From Planctomycetota bacterium (GTDB lineage Bacteria; Planctomycetota; PLA2; JAEUHO01), in the NCBI GenBank assembly GCA_050248855.1, contig JBFWRP010000031.1, positions 1-54,973 on the forward strand: 54,973 nt of DNA, written 5' to 3'. The translations under genes were made by a program, and so were the position numbers. The notes beneath the pieces were generated by a model that was not told the DNA's origin, did no database searches, and was given only the letters and a program-made list of their open reading frames with translations. Of this stretch, positions 52,701 to 54,973 are shown in pieces. Position 1 is the stretch's first letter; every line of letters starts with the position of its first letter.

Positions 52701-54400
52701 AGGCCGAGGCCGTCGTGCTGGCCGCCCATGCGGACGTCGTCGTCGGGCGTGACGGCGAGGCGCGGGCGCGCGTCACCTACCGCGTCTTCAACCGTTCGCG
52801 GCAGTTCCTGACCGTGCGCCTCCCCGAGGGGGCGCGGCTCTTCGGGGCATCCAGCGCGGGCGTGCCCGTGAAGCCGCTCACGGGGCCCGCGGGCTCGTTG
52901 CTGCTGCCCGTCCCCAAGGTGCCGCTGGGTGGGCGCGGGTACCCCGTGACCGTGCTCTACGGCGTGCGCGTCGGCGGCACGCTGCGCGACGGCGGACGCG
53001 GGACGGTGAGCTTGCCGGTCATCGACGGCGTCGAGATCGAGCGGACGGCGGTGCGGCTGCGCCTCCCGGAGGAGCTCGAGGCCTCGCTCGACACGCGCAT
53101 GGACGTGGTCGAGGACGCCGAGATCAGTGCCACGCTGGCCTCGGCCGATGCGGAAGAGGCGCGGCGTCTCCTGGAGGTGGCCGAGACGGGGACCTTGGCG
53201 CAGCGCGAGCAAGCGCTGGCCAACGGCCAGGTCCTGCTTCGACAGGCCAAGAACCGCGCCTACCAGGCGGCCAAGACGAAGGCCCGCGCGCTGGACGAGG
53301 AGCTGGGGCGGCTCACCAGCGAGTGGAGCCGGCGCAACGAGCGCTTGCAGCGCGATCGTCAGGCGGCGCAACGCAGCCAGCAGGTCGTTGCCAGCCAGGT
53401 GGAGTTCGGCGGCAACGCCGCGCGCATCGTGGACATCGCGCCGGGCCCCCTCGGCGGCGAGACCGCCCCCGACGCCGCGTCGGCCTTCTGGTGCTTCAAC
53501 GGCATGCCCGGCGACACCACGGTGGCCGAGCAGCCCGCCCAGACGGAGATGAGCAAGGACATCGCCCAGCTGAAGAAGCGTCTCGAGTCCACGCTCAGCG
53601 ACGAGAAGAAGGCCGAGGAAGTCCGTCGCGCCTTCGCCGCGCAGCAGTCCGCCGCGCAGCAGGAGGGCATGGGGCGCGCTGGCGCCGAGCAGCAGGAGCT
53701 CTACCGCTTCGGCCAGCCCGGTCAGCAGCGCCAGGGCCAGGTCGCCTGGCTCAACGACAACCTGCGGATGGACCAAGAGCGCAGCCAGCAGCTGGGCGCA
53801 GCGCGCAACGCCAGCGAGCGCGGCACGATCTACCGGATCGATGCGGGGGCCACCACGATCGGCTTCGGCGGTGGGGGGGGTGGCGCCTTCGGCGATGCCG
53901 AGGCCGACGGGTCGCTGCGCGGACAGCCGACCACCAGTCGCGACGTCCTCATCACGGGCACCGACTACGACGCTGGATCCCACTACTCGACCGGCGGGGG
54001 AAGCGGAGGAGCCGGTGGGGAGTTCAACGACCTCACTGGAGATGGCCGGTCCGTCGAGGGCTGGCTGCTGTTCAGTGGCGATGGAGACAACTCCGAAGTT
54101 CCCTTGTTCGGCTCCGAGCCGGATGTCGGTGCGACGGCGGGGATGCCCGCGGGGACACCAGCAGGTGAGGCTTGGGGGCGGGTCCTGATTCCCGCGCAGC
54201 AGCGGGCGGGCCTGATGGGCGTCGACGTCCCCCTGCCTCGCGAGGGCCGTGAGCACCTCTTCACGAGCCTCAAGGGCGGCGCGCCGATCACCTTCACGCT
54301 GTCGCGCTCGGGCTTCGGCTTCGGTGCCCGACTCGCCCTGCTCGTCGCGCTCCTCGGCGGCCTCGTCGCCGCCGGCGTGTGGTGGGTGCGGCGCGCGTAG
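46715..54400 (+). CDS. Giant membrane-anchored protein, 2561 aa, two tandem copies of the upstream protein's architecture
   Basis: TGATG coupling with GGAGG RBS, signal peptide, RVFVP and RVYVP module starts, internal TM cluster, coiled coil and a C-terminal TM helix ending WWVRRA. Confidence 0.8.
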   Translation: MARPYATRWLSSALALLLLVASGAHADDKAPPAADDPLGPIERVFVPVDQLDLLLQSQREGIVLDHAAYRRLLEAARAKARAGEAPAPVDGTWVDATATVNLLGARHGTIEGTWTAVALRPGTSRLPFPLQGAVLESLEGEGARLEQAFGRAAVVWDQPGRHTVSLRLSAPIGSRDGSRTFVVDVPAAAAMSFDVQLPPGVEGVIEGMAGAQRFTTPAGAPTSVRARPTAQGRLAVTFAAAAKVAEGPPILDAHVVAAHRLGDGRDELRIAAEVDVYRTATDRITLDVPEDLALLAVGGDGVVRHARSEDRRQLVLELAAPKTGRLVVTLQGEVPFAAEGLRELPAVHVVDALRERATVGVDVASDVRVDDVLVQDGRRLPADKGQTALRFGLVSAAGTLRLAVRPTATVLEAVSTHYLNLTETGRSLLVTITYRALEGTVHRLAPRVPVGFEVRRLEVNGRTDGFVRDTRADGTLDITLAEGLREGQELTLSALLERDAADWLPDDTTVELPFKVPSAGADREEGLVGIGADAAFEVRERGRTDLVAVGAADLTERGVRAEGLVFGYRIDGAAPAVTYEVERRTPVVEAEVVTTLSPSPRRLDVQAIVVHDVRRAGVRTFRVDVPSWAGDEVRFQGSSVRGHEKLPINGTRPGYDRYEVTLGQRVVGRHSLVVLYHRDTDGENWSVEADVPLLPDVPLERVERYVVVQRAEGLEVRLPGASIEGDARTVEASDLPIEAPASPLATLEVLHLVERRDGLALGVQRHDGAAVLDAIGVEARLWTAVAREGVLRTRALVVLKNAGRQQVPVELPPGSHLIGALVGPRPGALEPVKPLRSRQGVLLVPLNAAGGGVACIALTYETRADRPFDGEVTIPAPTFPGLEVLLTSHEVAFDEDIDVRSMQGDFGVYEAPAKRSSPWIASLLRGRTWGADSKAPSIRNYSPFESPVDFGGLPPRVVTTKPADDGVGVGKGAPPPEPPLPEEVDGVIGFETFSDDETFGQSDAPFQGPAATPAPRPGSGPDRSGTRESNDPMSPPPPPSSEPPVTADSGVAARPPGGAQPAADPDFPAGPGEGGFRRGDGGRAGAAATGPRRRGLLSLDVPVVLGPRRVRGERLGQGGALVIRYASPTAHVRSERLAFGLVTALGALLAWGSRRRRWTVVIGLLAAALVVHLVLGPSASAWASAAVDAATLLVGVFAVRALLGWLRGRAAAKAAPVAAAVLLAAMALGATAAPARADEPEADTSVAPEDVVEPRRVYVPYDPDAKELPEDPSRVFLPLSTWRHLFRIAHPGEDPELVRTGQRLAAEGVAWRLVVHEDAVVGTLRIDVVKDGEAPSALQLGLGGAALEQARLDGTEVRVALIEGAYRVEIDEPGRHVLEMDVRLPLVSLPDGERQFSFRGVPFPNATLDLSLVDDFRGEVLVDGIARVDPGTSTAPGVSYRVWLGRTSRVRVRLVPPRGETLPADVRARATTRTVHSLRDGGTETDVALRLEILEGAAPFADLTLPPGCRVLEASGAAVTRWETLERQGEGRVVRLVFDQPRRGRVDATVRIVCPASADERDEVLPAPRILDVTSESGEVVVNAPPHRKAEILEEQGLYRIERPRDPRACGFDNSGVVVRAWRFSQRPTRLAVRLRAAERRVDLRETTRVVVGDDAVRTWMDVQVSVVGAPTGDLVFGLPGEDDVRHVGGPHVRHWWLAGAGADRKLFVRLGDLHAGDLGLGLVLETRLAGRLDAIAVPRLLLPGVREESGRLLLYARPDVEPVVGSLPGLKAVALGQVDAAAAPVPGARLTHAFVRERALSTSLPLVLRRPEASAEATVVTLVAPGEREHRLEQLVLVEVLRGAVDAVQVFVPDGGAAGTEEVRARDLREVRRRAVSRAGADGRDVDGTLYDVVFQSPRTGLVAVTFSSNQAAGRPVRPVRPEGTAAVRWFSMVRTWTDGQVTAGVVAGHADEAAWADLPFVPASMPREAVLEAWVGRAPYALSVATTRHRLGAQAEAVVLAAHADVVVGRDGEARARVTYRVFNRSRQFLTVRLPEGARLFGASSAGVPVKPLTGPAGSLLLPVPKVPLGGRGYPVTVLYGVRVGGTLRDGGRGTVSLPVIDGVEIERTAVRLRLPEELEASLDTRMDVVEDAEISATLASADAEEARRLLEVAETGTLAQREQALANGQVLLRQAKNRAYQAAKTKARALDEELGRLTSEWSRRNERLQRDRQAAQRSQQVVASQVEFGGNAARIVDIAPGPLGGETAPDAASAFWCFNGMPGDTTVAEQPAQTEMSKDIAQLKKRLESTLSDEKKAEEVRRAFAAQQSAAQQEGMGRAGAEQQELYRFGQPGQQRQGQVAWLNDNLRMDQERSQQLGAARNASERGTIYRIDAGATTIGFGGGGGGAFGDAEADGSLRGQPTTSRDVLITGTDYDAGSHYSTGGGSGGAGGEFNDLTGDGRSVEGWLLFSGDGDNSEVPLFGSEPDVGATAGMPAGTPAGEAWGRVLIPAQQRAGLMGVDVPLPREGREHLFTSLKGGAPITFTLSRSGFGFGARLALLVALLGGLVAAGVWWVRRA

Positions 54401-54447
54401 ATGCACGCGCGGAGGTGCGTGAGTGCGACGCCCGCCGGACAGGGGGG

Positions 54448-54973
54448 CGCGAGGCGCGCGGAGGTGTCTGAACCCCGTGAGGGGTGCAGGGGGGGTACGG
54501 AATAGCCCCCCTGCCGCGAGGGCGTAGCCCGAGCGCCGAGTCCGCGCGGTAGCGCGGAACGATCCTCCTTGCGTTCCGCTCGAGTTCGTAGCCTGAGACG
54601 CGAGGCGCGCGGAGGTGTCTGAACCTGTGCCTCGGAGCGAAGCGACGGTGGCACGGTGTCAGACACCGAAGTGCGACGTTCGCCGGCCGTCGAACCGCGT
54701 CCCCTGCGTGTCAGGCACCTTGCCCACGTCGCGGCTGCGCGCTCCGCGGCAACGGTCCAGACACATCCGGGGTCGCTGGCCGTCGAACCGCGTCCCCTAC
54801 GTGTCAGGCACCTTGCCCACGTCGCGGCTGCGCGCTCCGCGGCAAGGGTCCAGACACATCCGGGGTCGCTGGCCGTCGAACCGCGTCCCCTACGTGTCAG
54901 GCACCTTGCCCACGTCGCGGCTGCGCGCTCCGCGGCAAGGGTCCAGACACATCCGGGGTCGCTGGCCGTCGAA
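54448..54973. repeat. REP-like mosaic repeat cluster (reverse complement of the 203-916 family) with 93-bp tandem units
   Basis: 54475-54562 is approximately the reverse complement of 318-407, and 54599-54690 of 650-736. Near-identical 93-bp units start at 54691, 54784 and 54877, and a fourth is cut by the window end. Confidence 0.88.

Noticed and set aside
54691..54973. CRISPR array (also considered for 407-655)
   Set aside because: Units are 93-112 bp and near-identical along their whole length; there are no unique spacers and no cas genes.

Overview
This is a very high-GC bacterial window, probably a whole contig from a Planctomycetota-like organism (inferred from AtpA/AtpD signatures and the many secreted HEAT, giant and prenyltransferase-repeat proteins). 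It begins in the right end of an IS4-family element inserted into a REP-like palindromic mosaic and ends in an inverted copy of the same repeat family. Housekeeping content: an MsbA-like ABC exporter, an EF-G paralogue, aat, a complete F1Fo ATP synthase operon, an LPS-core/heptose cluster (hldE, gmhB, kinase-like gene, two GT4, one GT9) and a MoxR AAA+ ATPase. The main findings are four. (1) A hidden secreted thioredoxin-fold selenoprotein (in-frame TGA in a U-G-R-C motif with a SECIS-like hairpin), which the ORF track splits in two. (2) Directly downstream, a tightly linked operon with only the stator parts of a V/A-type ATPase (G/H, divergent I, E; no K, A, B, C, D or F), coupled to an MCE/MlaD-like gene, an MlaF-MlaE fusion and a membrane protein. 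(3) Two giant paralogous membrane-anchored proteins containing three copies of one roughly 1100-aa module. (4) Several apparent pseudo-enzymes. All family calls come from motif recognition by eye; no searches were run.
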